The notes under the pieces are model-generated. The model was not told where the DNA came from, ran no database searches, and saw only the letters and a list, made by a program, of their open reading frames with translations. Positions 27,195 through 39,334 of a DNA stretch of 64,000 nucleotides are shown one piece after another (the stretch's first letter is position 1; each line of letters opens with the position of its first letter). This DNA is from Octopus bimaculoides (lineage: Eukaryota), in assembly GCF_001194135.2 (NCBI RefSeq), contig NC_068991.1:76638871-76702870 (forward strand), written 5' to 3'. A program made the position numbers and the translations under genes.

Positions 27195-27395
27195 GGTCGA
27201 AACTGACATTTCAGAGTTCTTTGCTTTGAAACCAAAAGAATTTTACATTGATGGGATTAAAAAGCTTGTAAATAGATGGAAGGAAGTCATAGATAATTAG
27301 GGGAAGTACATTGATGATTAGATTTCAATTAAATATAACATTTGATAACTTGTTTTCTTTATTCAAAATTCGGACAGAACTAACAAAAGTCTGTG
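27195..27395 (+). mobile_element. Mariner transposase C-terminal relic with right end
   Basis: ETDISEFFALKPKEFYIDGIKKLVNRWKEVIDN*GKYIDD* (FY..GI.KL..RW..V...G.Y motif). Confidence 0.85.
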
Positions 27396-28284
27396 AAAGG
27401 CAGCGCGGAGCCCTGATAAAACAGAGCGAGCATGCCTTTTCAGACAGTTGTCAATGTGTAACCAGCAGAATAAATTAAAGTAAATGGAAAATGTATCTTC
27501 TGTTGGTTTTGAAGGTGTGTAGTTTGGTTGTTCTATCAACTTTATATACACATTTTATGTAGTGTAAGAGTCTGATTATTCCAGAGACTTGTCGCAATCT
27601 GTTTTGGTTACAAAAAGAAACTCAGTATTACATTGAACTATGAAAAACATCCGTTTGTTACCTTACATACAAAAGAGAAAATAATTATCAGGGATGTAAA
27701 TATGATGGCTGAGTACTGTTAGAGCATAAAGTGAAATTGTCAGGAAAGACTATAAACATAAATTTTTTCAAACTACTTGAACACAATTTGACTCTCAATA
27801 TCCTATGTATGAAGAAAATAGATTTGTATAAACATGACAGTCAAGCAATGTTTTATCATTTTCCATTGAATGCAAATTTTTAAAACATTCTATGAAATAA
27901 GCACTAATTTGATAGATGCGATATTTTTATGGTTTTTGAGACAAAGCGAAGATACCCTGTAGCTCAAAAATATGATGTGATACAGAAAAGCTGGGGTAGT
28001 TTGGGGGATTCAGAAGCCTTAAGTTAGTCAAAAATAAGTGTTACACCAAACTCAACGAAAATTCTGTTCCCCACTGTCAATGCTTGGCAACTTGATGAGA
28101 AAAGATTGAAACACGATGTTGATTACCGAATGGTGAATACCTAGAAACGTTAAACAGCTACAATGACAACGGCTATTAGATTAATTAAGTTAATATCCTG
28201 AATGAAACTACTTCAATACCCTCTGAATCGTATTTCTCATTGCAAAAATATACGTGGATGCTATTCATCTGCTTAAAACACACA

Positions 28285-28315
28285 CACACACAAAACACAT
28301 ACACTCTCTCTCTTT

Positions 28316-28368
<53 letters not shown>

Positions 28369-28378
28369 NNNNNNNNNN

Positions 28379-28418
<40 letters not shown>

Positions 28419-28486
28419 GAGAGAGAGAGAGAGAGAGATATGTTACACACAAACACACGCGCAAACATACACACACACAAACACAA

Positions 28487-28553
<67 letters not shown>

Positions 28554-28555
28554 TC
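28285..28555 (+). repeat. Compound microsatellite (CA)-(CT)n-gap-(TA)n-(GA)n-(CA)-(GATA)n
   Basis: Direct sequence. Confidence 0.95.
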
Positions 28556-29027
28556 AACTATCTTACCTGAAATTCCAGCGCATGTTGAATCTGGATCTAC
28601 ATTTCCGAGTTCCTTTCACAGTATAATAAATTTGTCGCCTCCTTCTCCAGATCTCTTTCTTGTTCTGAACAAAATCTCTAAATAACGAAGAAAGATGATA
28701 TGGTTGTCATATAAAGTGTTAGGAAATGGCGAACATTTCTCTTTTTACTTCTTACACACTGATTCAAAAAGTGATTTTATTCATATCTAGTCACAGTAGT
28801 GGTACAGGAAAAACGTGAGTCTTCGTTGGCTCATTGGATTATCCCTTGAAAATGATGACATCCGACACATAACTGGTTAAGAAACACAGCTGCTGATGCA
28901 TTTAGAAGATTGTGTTCAATAACCTATTCTCTTGGAATCGCAGATTTACATAACCTTTTATGTCATCCTGAAGTGTTTCGTATATGGCACTGTGTAATGT
29001 TTAGGTATTTCTCATTTTCTTTGACAG

Positions 29028-29208
29028 ATGCTAAAAATACACTTGTGTCGAATATTTCTCAAGCACGAAATTGAAATCATTCTACTATTCATTCGCCTCA
29101 TACCAAACTTATCAAGTCCACAAAACGATTTGAGCCTCTCAGTTTTTCGATTAAAGCTCATCTGCTATTGGATAACATTCAAAGTTATTTGGAGTCTTTT
29201 TCTGGATG
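29028..29208 (+). CDS. Candidate exon with hydrophobic ORF MLKIHLCRIF...IWSLFLD; product unknown
   Basis: Acceptor tttctcattttctttgacag|ATG, donor ATG|gtaagg; no homology recognised. Confidence 0.2.
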
Positions 29209-29749
29209 GTAAGGGAGTAATAGATGAATATTCGAGGTTTTCCATTACATATACGTATTCAGATATGACAAGTCCGGTAACAATTTGATATTTTTATCAT
29301 ATATTGTTCATATTCAAACAAATAGCGAAAGTATGGTACAAGCTAACAGCTTATCCTCGCTTACGAGCGACGACTAAGTTTTCTTCATGTTTGGCGTCCT
29401 AATTTCAATCCATTCAAACCAAAGATTTTATTTATGTCACAAGATGTTTGATCAAACAACAACTCCATATTATCCAAATAGAAATAATTAGTCACATAGT
29501 CTATATTGCACTCTATATAAAGAACAGTAACACATGCCCCTCGTTGAACGTAAAAACGAACAAAGGAGTAACGTTTTGGATGAATCACTCCTTTGTACTT
29601 TGACTAACGAAAGACGTTCTGAAAGCTTAGTCAGCTTTCGGTGTCACTCGTCGATGGATCAGTCTCTGCTTAAGTCTTAACCGGGAGAACTTTTATTTTG
29701 ATGGTTTAATCCCGACCATAAAAGAGTCAAAAGTTGATCACGTTTCACT

Positions 29750-30010
29750 AATTGTCGCTTCGCAACTCTTTTCTCGTACCCAATACCTAGATATTTGAAT
29801 TAACATAGTCCCAACTAAAGGCATCTTGAAGGCTGAGCTCGACGGCAAATCGATCAAACTCTAAATTGTTTCGTGATTGATTGCCACATTATCGACTTGA
29901 TTAGGAATCGAGTTCAATCATGCTTCGTTTCTTTCGATGAATGTTCCTTCGATAATTGTTGCAATGACACGCTGAGCTGGAGCAATGCAGTCTCAACCCG
30001 GATATTGAAG
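29750..30010 (-). mobile_element. Possible highly decayed Tc1/Tc3-like transposase
   Basis: ELSLQDAFSWDYVNSNI* resembles SPDL.P.D.FLWGYVK..VY; DCIAPAQ resembles DGAPAH. Confidence 0.4.
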
Positions 30011-30747
30011 AGGGAATTGCAGATTCACCTCTCGAAGTAAATTTCCTGACTGTTTAACAAAGATATTTCAAGCAACAGAGAACCTAAATGCTTAAAGCGC
30101 CGGCGATGCTAGGAAATCGTCTTTGTTACTTCTTGTTCAGCGTTGGATGCTCTGCTGATTCTGCACGACAATATAAAGAGCAGAAAGGAATCCAAATCGG
30201 TAGAGCAATCGACAGCATGTCTTGCGATACTTGCCTACATCACTTTCCGTTGTGAGTTCAGATCGACTTACTCCTTTCATCATTTACCGGCTTAAAAGAA
30301 TAATAATTATTTATTTACATACGGATGTCAATTCAACCAGGTTTTTCCCCAGTCTTGTAATTTATGATTAAAAGGTGTGATACATCAACTGGAGTAGTTG
30401 TGCTATATCAACCGATATAGCACAGTATCGTACTAAATGCAATAACCATTCAGCTTTTACAACATGGTCGGCTTTAACTTCAAATCTTACAAGCACCGAT
30501 TTCAAGATTTTACCAGTCTGAGATTTAAAAAAAAAATTAAGCAGTATTATGATATAAAGTCAATTCTGTCGACGGAGATGTGACGTCATGTTTCTTAATG
30601 ATATTAGTGACGTGAAAATGCAAATCATCAACGTTTGAAAATCAAAAGCAGAAATTTTTAATGGAGTTCATCGAAAATAAATTAACCACTGACTAAATAA
30701 GCCTTTGGACCGAAACTGAAGTCGCAGCAAAAACGAATTTCATAATA

Positions 30748-30799
30748 CAGTAATACCTTAGTTTTCGAACAACTCTGATCACCAATAAATCGTGCTTTA

Positions 30800-30839
<40 letters not shown>

Positions 30840-31140
30840 NNNNNNNNNNNNNNNNNNNNNNNNNNNNNNNNNNNNNNNNNNNNNNNNNNNNNNNNNNNNN
30901 NNNNNNNNNNNNNNNNNNNNNNNNNNNNNNNNNNNNNNNNNNNNNNNNNNNNNNNNNNNNNNNNNNNNNNNNNNNNNNNNNNNNNNNNNNNNNNNNNNNN
31001 NNNNNNNNNNNNNNNNNNNNNNNNNNNNNNNNNNNNNNNNNNNNNNNNNNNNNNNNNNNNNNNNNNNNNNNNNNNNNNNNNNNNNNNNNNNNNNNNNNNN
31101 NNNNNNNNNNNNNNNNNNNNNNNNNNNNNNNNNNNNNNNN

Positions 31141-31174
<34 letters not shown>

Positions 31175-31297
31175 TTTATTAGTGATCAGAGACGTTCGTA
31201 AATCGAGGTACAACTGTACCAAATGAATATGAGAAAGACAGGAGATAAAGTACGATTTATTCGTGATTAGAGTTGTTCGAAAACCGAGGTTCTACTG
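30748..31297. mobile_element. pogo/Tigger-like MITE with internal (TA)n and gap; right TIR present twice
   Basis: Left TA-CAGTAATACCTTAGTTTTCGAACAACTCTGATCAC; right copies end ...AATCGAGGTACAACTG-TA (31216) and ...GTTGTTCGAAAACCGAGGTTCTACTG-TA (31297). Confidence 0.7.
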
Positions 31298-32089
31298 TAT
31301 ATAGTATTGAACTTCTCATTAATAGGTGTTCTGTGTTTATTCTTAAAATTCTTTTAAAATAATTAAGAGGTGTATGCATGCATGCATTTTTATATGTATG
31401 CGCTGTAGGACCGAACCCGTAATGATGAGCTTACAAAACAAACTTCTTAAGCACGCACCCATATCTATATCTGTGTATTGCTATTACTAACAGTAAAGGT
31501 ATATGTACGTATGTATGTACGTACGTATGTATGTACGTACGTATGTATGTACGTACGTATGTATGTTCGTACGTATGTATGTAGTTAGATTGCCAAGTGA
31601 TCTGGATTGGTAGATCGATAGAAACAAGTTACCTACGTAGATTGTACATAAGTTTGCGACTTGGCCTCCGTGTTTGTTCATGTGTGGGTGTGAATTTTTC
31701 AGTAAATATTTCAATTGTTAACAGAAAATATCTTTCTTGCTATGTCTCTTACTAATTAAACACCTGTGAATATTTTCCCTTTGATCTTAGGGGTGATCCT
31801 TTGAAGGTTTTGTTGTTTCATTTGTTTCTGAAGTGTGATCGAAACCGTTATTGTTGTTTTTCATGTTGTCGGCATCGCCGTTGTTCATTTTGTTTAGTTG
31901 TAGATCAACCATGATCGAACGGACGCATGATCAAAGGCCTTCATACTACAAACATCTGTCGCTTTTTAACCAGACACACTGTAGCTATCGCTACAACATC
32001 TGGTTCTAGTCTTAAATACATGTTTACTGAAACTAGAAACAGAATCCCAGAGACATTTTGAAATCTATATTTGTAATACTATATCTTGT

Positions 32090-32760
32090 TACACTTCAAT
32101 AACTTTCTGTATTTAATTTTGAGAGGGTAGCCCAAGAAGAGGTAGCAAGTCGTTCATGGCCTTGATGAAGGCAGTTGTAACTTTAGAAAATCAAAAGGGC
32201 TCTGAGTATCCAAGAATGGGGAAGAGAATAATCGAATGCTTCTTTGTAATCCAGCCAGACTGTGACCAAGTTCTTATGCCACCGCACCAATGTCGTTAAT
32301 GAAAAGTGGTTTGACACCTCACTGAATTTCTTTCGTTTCAGCTGCTTGTTCAACACTGATGATATTCTTTCTTACCGCAATGATTCTGAAGGAACAGGCT
32401 CGGTTTTTCGCTATGTAAGTGGATTTATTTTGGAGAATCAGTTTTGTTTCTACCAGTACTGACTTGTTTTCTGTGTTTATATTTCCAGTGAGAGTTTGCT
32501 GGTAAATATTAGCAAAATACATCTGATAGAAGATAAGATATTTTTGTACTGGTATTCCTCGTGAAGTCACTTCGAGATGCTCTCCATTCCTGAGGATTTT
32601 GAATCGCAATCTCAAGAATATTCCTATTAATGCAATATACTTCTATTGTAATACAAAATCTTTCTTTTAGATTTCTTCTGGCCACACTACATCCTGATTA
32701 AACGTATTTTCCTCACTGTGAATCCGTATTTCCTTGAAAATGAGTCTCCCTGACATTTAT
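32090..32760 (-). mobile_element. R4/Dong-like reverse transcriptase relic (N-terminal RT domains)
   Basis: KNIISVEQAA...LVTVWLDYKEAFDYSLPHSWILRAL (W.DY.KAFDSVPH.WI motif); many stops and frameshifts. Confidence 0.8.
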
Positions 32761-33935
32761 TGATTGTCCTCTCATATCTTTATAAACTGATGATTGCTTT
32801 CGATTAATTATCTTGTTAATTATTTTTCTTTCAGCTAATTTCTGATGCTAGAGTTTTTTTACTGACAGCTTTTAACTCCTCTTTGAAGGTGATTAATTTA
32901 TAGTCAGCTTCCTCTTTTTGCTATCTTCAAATATCGTTTCTGTTTTATTTTCATTTTTCGCTCTTTGCTGTTGGGGCTAGGGTTATTTCCTTATTTGTAT
33001 GTGAGCAATGCCATGTGATTGATTGTTTCCCGTAGATCAATGCTTTTTTTTTTTTTCATTTTCCAAGACCATGATGTCACTTTTTATATTGGTTTTTGCC
33101 TCTCTTTACTTCTTTCCATGTATTTCCAAGGTAGTTGCTGACAAGGCATATAAAAAATGCTAATTTGGCAAAATGAAAGGACATTACACTGTCGCAAATA
33201 TTCACTGCCGATTTCAGATAATTCACACTTTTTATAAAAGTAGAAATAATTTTTATAGTTTATTTAATGCATACATATGTTATATATTTGTCTTTAGCAT
33301 TTAAGCAACTGCTTTTTATGTGTCTGTGCAATCTCTTCCATTCCCTGTGTGTTATTGCTTTGAGGACCCGGCTGACAGAGGTGCGAAGAGAAAGTAAAAA
33401 GATTCAGATCTCGACTTCACTGGGCTAAGCTGTTTATTGCAGATATGTGCATCAATTTTTATCATTAAAAATCAATTCATTTGGCTTATTAATGTTTTGA
33501 TCACATGATGTCTTTGCTGCAATGAGAGTTTTAAACTTAAAATAATATTTTCTTGAAAGCTTTCAATGAGAACATATTTCCGTTATTTATAGTAATCTCT
33601 TTTTTCAGTTCATAGAAAACTTTTTATCGTTACAGATGTTAGATTTGCTGAAAGCATTTTGTGGTCGGTCGGCCAACTGAGAGGTAACGTAGTAGAAACA
33701 CATACACACATATATACATTATATATGTGTGTTTATATATACATATCTATGTGTATATACATATATATGTGTGTGTGTGTCTGAATGTGTATACACACAC
33801 GCACGCGTACACATATATATATACATATTTCCAGCCGCTGGCATTGCTGAAAACATATTTCTACCTTTTAGATCTTCGTCCGTAGCAAGCATCCAGTGGT
33901 AACCGCATGCTAAGACATTTATCAGCTGCTACTGA

Positions 33936-33945
<10 letters not shown>

Positions 33946-34012
<67 letters not shown>
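33946..34012 (+). repeat. (TAG)n microsatellite
   Basis: Direct sequence. Confidence 0.97.
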
Positions 34013-34013
<1 letters not shown>

Positions 34014-34676
34014 CATGGAAACCTGCGCTGTAACATCGCGTCGCTGCATTCACCAGATTTATTGGTGATTCTATTCTCCTGGCAGATGACACCTTTACAA
34101 CACTCAAGCGACAATCCTTCAGCAACCTTTCGGTCTGTTGAATAGTGGTTGCTGGTGAGAGTTTTACGAGGTCAGAGCGTAAATCCTAAATCCTCCTTCA
34201 ACCTTTTTTTATCGCCTTTTTTACGACACGCAAAGGAAATGCTGGGTCTGTTTTTTTTTTGGGGGGGGGNNNNNNNNNNNNNNNNNNNNNNNNNNNNNNN
34301 NNNNNNNNNNNNNNNNNNNNNNNNNNNNNNNNNNNNNNNNNNNNNNNNNNNNNNNNNNNNNNNNNNNNNNNNNNNNNNNNNNNNNNNNNNNNNNNNNNNN
34401 NNNNNNNNNNNNNNNNNNNNNNNNNNAAGCCGGTCTCCACACAGCAGAAATACGTATTCAGCAATGCCACCATCACTACCGAATGACCTTCGTCCGCAAC
34501 AGTTATTTTTCAGTGTTTTTTAACATTATATGTCTTTTGAGATAGTCTATCTCGAGACAAATATCGCAGTTTAGCAGGCTTTCAACGATGTATCTTCTTT
34601 AGTACTATTTAAGCCGCTATTTTGAATGAATATTGCTTCTATCGTTCATAAGGAAAGTGTGTGTGTGTACGCGCGC

Positions 34677-34724
<48 letters not shown>

Positions 34725-35387
34725 GCATGTATGTGGATAAGTGCGTGTGTGTGTGATTTTATTGAAATTACCTTCCAGAGACGGAAAACGATCGCTGACG
34801 ACAATTAGAACCAGTTCCAAACGAGGAACGAGAAAGGAGATTATCTCAAGAATCAAGAATTTCTCCAAAATCGACGACATGACTTTAAAGAAAATATAGT
34901 CTCATTGCCTGAAGGTAAGAAGATAGCTGTGAACAAATGTTTCTCCCTCACAAAGCGTCAACAGCACAGCAATTGTCCAACTGAGTCTTCAACTGACGAG
35001 TCAGTTATGTGTAAAAAAAAAAAAAAGAGAGAACACATTTATGGCCTAGGTAAGCTGTTTAAAGAAAACGGAAATTGGCTCAGAGAAATCTCTTAAAATG
35101 ACTAGTGGCATTTATGTGAACAACAATTACAAATAAAGGAATAGTATAAAATATGCAAGATAAATTTTTGGTGCAAGACCAAGCAGTTAGAGACATTCAA
35201 CTCTTGATAATAAAATCGTAGGTTCAGTTCTTGGTCCAAGCAGCGTGTTGTATCATTGAGCAAAATATTTTATTTCATATCATACCAATCTTCTCAGGTG
35301 CAATGAATAGAATGGTGTTATGTGAAATACCTGTCTACTCATTATACCTGAGTAGACCACTAAGTCATAGGTAACGTGGTAAGCGGG

Positions 35388-36280
35388 TTTATGTTCTGGT
35401 GTGACTTTGGAGCAGTCAAAGTGTAAGCAATGCTCCATTATCAGCCTTCCTTTGCATAAAGATAGTAAAATGATGGATATAGCTGGTTTTGTGCAGAGAT
35501 AGTTTAATTGTTGTAAGGTTTTGGTCAGACACGGGGATGTTTTTTGCCTACGGCAAATAAAATACGAAAGGAAACCTAGGATCATTTTATTTTTTTGATG
35601 CTGAATCTTAAACACAACGAAATGTGCAAGTTATATGCATTTAACATGATATCCCTAAAAAAAAACTTCGTTGGTAACAAGAAAGCAGCTAATTACAAGG
35701 AAATTGCTGAAAAAAATGCTCCGGTCTTTTCATTCGCTGGGATGCAAAATGAGCCACAAGATACAGGTTTTTTTTTGCAATTACTTGAATCAATTCCCAC
35801 AGATTTTAAGAGATGTTAGATGAAGAGAGACAAAGATTCTACCGAGATATGGAGGTAATAGAGGAGAGATATCAAGGCAGATGGGATATGAATACGATAT
35901 CTGATTACTGGTGAAGCATAAAAAGGGACTGCCTAACGCTAAAATACTAAAGGATTTCTAAGAAACAGAGATTCCTTCCTTCATAATGACATTTGATGAT
36001 TTTAGGGATTATGTTACATGCATAAAATTTGCAGGTTTTGTTGGCTTTAAGATGTTGTATCAAAAGAATAGAGTGATCTTAGGCCTTCTTTTGTATTTTC
36101 TCTATCGTAGGCCAAGCAAAACATTCCCATTTCTGGCCAAAATCTTACCATATTTAAACTATCTATGCACAAATTCAGCCGTACTCGTAGTCTTACGAAT
36201 ATTTTTATGCAAACGACGACTGATAAGGAAGCCTTCTTCACACTTTGGCTCGCTGCTCCAAAGTCAGGCCAGGACATAAA
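35388..36280 (+). mobile_element. CMC-Chapaev3 transposase C-terminal relic (35660-35985) between ~270 bp inverted arms
   Basis: NFVGNKKAANYKEIAEK/MLRSFHSLGCKMSHKI...DEERQRFYRDMEVIEERYQGRWDMNTISDYW*SIKRDC matches FLGN.K..NY..GC.MSLK.HFL..SDEQGERFHQD..ME.RYQG.W..MADYCW..RD; arms 35388-35659 and 36001-36280 align as inverted copies. Confidence 0.8.
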
Positions 36281-37567
36281 ATCAAGGAAAGCTATAATTT
36301 TCGTGAAAAATCATGGCGGTGTGCATTCAAAGATTTTAACGAATGTAATGTTTTCATGAAAGTAATGTTGGCCTAGTTGGTATTTCAACTCATGACATAA
36401 ACAAAAATCTATCCAACGCCCTCACATACTCGGACGGTTTGCTGCTTTCATACATACAGACAGACAGACATGCATAGATGGAAAGAGAATGAGAGAAATA
36501 CAAGATGTGTGTCTTTGTGCACGCATGTTTGTATTTACATGTGTGTGTATATATAAATTTACATATATATATATATATATATATANNNNNNNNNNNNNNN
36601 NNNNNNNNNNNNNNNNNNNNNNNNNNNNNNNNNNNNNNNNNNNNNNNNNNNNNNNNNNNNNNNNNNNNNNNNNNNNNNNNNNNNNNNNNNNNNNNNNNNN
36701 NNNNNNNNNNNNNNNNNNNNNNNNNNNNNNNNNNNNNNNNNNNNNNNNNNNNNNNNNNNNNNNNNNNNNNNNNNNNNNNNNNNNNNNNNNNNNNNNNNNN
36801 NNNNNNNNNNNNNNNNNNNNNNNNNNNNNNNNNNNNNNNNNNNNNNNNNNNNNNNNNNNNNNNNNNNNNNNNNNNNNNNNNNNNNNNNNNNNNNNNNNNN
36901 NNNNNNNNNNNNNNNNNNNNNNNNNNNNNNNNNNNNNNNNNNNNNNNNNNNNNNNNNNNNNNNNNNNNNNNNNNNNNNNNNNNNNNNNNNNNNNNNNNNN
37001 NNNNNNNNNNNNNNNNNNNNNNNNNNNNNNNNNNNNNNNNNNNNNNNNNNNNNNNNNNNNNNNNNNNNNNNNNNNNNNNNNNNNNNNNNNNNNNNNNNNN
37101 NNNNNNNNNNNNNNNNNNNNNNNNNNNNNNNNNNNNNNNNNNNNNNNNNNNNNNNNNNNNNNNNNNNNNNNNNNNNNNNNNNNNNNNNNNNNNNNNNNNN
37201 NNNNNNNNNNNNNNNNNNNNNNNNNNNNNNNNNNNNNNNNNNNNNNNNNNNNNNNNNNNNNNNNNNNNNNNNNNNNNNNNNNNNNNNNNNNNNNNNNNNN
37301 NNNNNNNNNNNNNNNNNNNNNNNNNNNNNNNNNNNNNNNNNNNNNNNNNNNNNNNNNNNNNNNNNNNNNNNNNNNNNNNNNNNNNNNNNNNNNNNNNNNN
37401 NNNNNNNNNNNNNNNNNNNNNNNNNNNNNNNNNNNNNNNNNNNNNNNNNNNNNNNNNNNNNNNNNNNNNNNNNNNNNNNNNNNNNNNNNNNNNNNNNNNN
37501 NNNNNNNNNNNNNNNNNNNNNNNNNNNNNNNNNNNNNNNNNNNNNNNNNNNNNNNNNNNNNNNNNNA

Positions 37568-37975
37568 AATCAAGTTACACTCCTAGCTTGCTGAGAATTT
37601 GAAATATATGTGAATTACGATTGGACAAATGGTAGATCTTTGTCTAAGAGAATCAAGAGAATCTATTCTGTAGCATGAAATGTGTCGTAAGAGAATCTGG
37701 TGAAGGTGAAGAAATATATTTCACTTTCCCGAGATTGTTTTCTTTTTTATTATTAATTTTGTGAGTCTATCTTTGATAGTTCTTGTCAATGAATTTAATA
37801 AAATCACGCAAAAAAACAACATGTAGTACCATGTGCAAGAAGTACATCTTGACGCTTTGGGCTTTGATACATAATATATTTAGCTTCTGTCTACAAAATT
37901 CCAATCTTGTAAGTGGTACGTTCAGATATCTTGCTTCTTTACATTGTATATATATATATATATATNNNNNNNNNN

Positions 37976-38011
<36 letters not shown>

Positions 38012-38450
38012 CACACATACATATATATACATACATACATGCATACACACATACATATACATGTATCTATCTGAAATTATGTATATGTGTGTATGTGTCC
38101 TTGTATGCGTATAAATATACACAGGTATGTAAGACAAATAATAAGACACACTCGCGAAAACGGAATGACTTCAACAAGATGAGATATGTTGTCGTTTAAG
38201 CACCTCAATTGCAGGACAAAATGACATAAATTAATTGAAGTTTCTTCAACTGGGGAATCAAAATCAAGTTACACTCCTAGCTTGCTGAGAATTTGAAATA
38301 TATGTGAATTACGATTGGACAAATGGTAGATCTTTGTCTAAGAGAATCAAGAGAATCTATTCTGTAGCATGAAATGTGTCGTAAGAGAATCTGGTGAAGG
38401 TGAAGAAATATATTTCACTTTCCCGAGATTGTTTTCTTTTTTATTATTAA
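37568..38450 (+). repeat. Exact 189 bp direct duplication (37568-37756 = 38262-38450), both copies at gap edges
   Basis: No difference seen on reading the two copies; probably an assembly overlap. Confidence 0.85.
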
Positions 38451-39275
38451 NNNNNNNNNNNNNNNNNNNNNNNNNNNNNNNNNNNNNNNNNNNNNNNNNN
38501 NNNNNNNNNNNNNNNNNNNNNNNNNNNNNNNNNNNNNNNNNNNNNNNNNNNNNNNNNNNNNNNNNNNNNNNNNNNNNNNNNNNNNNNNNNNNNNNNNNNN
38601 NNNNNNNNNNNNNNNNNNNNNNNNNNNNNNNNNNNNNNNNNNNNNNNNNNNNNNNNNNNNNNNNNNNNNNNNNNNNNNNNNNNNNNNNNNNNNNNNNNNN
38701 NNNNNNNNNNNNNNNNNNNNNNNNNNNNNNNNNNNNNNNNNNNNNNNNNNNNNNNNNNNNNNNNNNNNNNNNNNNNNNNNNNNNNNNNNNNNNNNNNNNN
38801 NNNNNNNNNNNNNNNNNNNNNNNNNNNNNNNNNNNNNNNNNNNNNNNNNNNNNNNNNNNNNNNNNNNNNNNNNNNNNNNNNNNNNNNNNNNNNNNNNNNN
38901 NNNNNNNNNNNNNNNNNNNNNNNNNNNNNNNNNNNNNNNNNNNNNNNNNNNNNNNNNNNNNNNNNNNNNNNNNNNNNNNNNNNNNNNNNNNNNNNNNNNN
39001 NNNNNNNNNNNNNNNNNNNNNNNNNNNNNNNNNNNNNNNNNNNNNNNNNNNNNNNNNNNNNNNNNNNNNNNNNNNNNNNNNNNNNNNNNNNNNNNNNNNN
39101 NNNNNNNNNNNNNNNNNNNNNNNNNNNNNNNNNNNNNNNNNNNNNNNNNNNNNNNNNNNNNNCAGAAAGTAATGCAATTTTTGTTTGCACTATTTTTTTA
39201 CTCACCTTCGTTTGTATGCGTATATACACACATATAAGCACATCTATAGATAATTAGATAGATAGATAGATAGAC

Positions 39276-39334
<59 letters not shown>

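Noticed and set aside
34779-34914. Segment with good acceptor and AAG|gtaaga donor
   Set aside because: Stops in all three frames from the acceptor; at most a non-coding exon, with no further support
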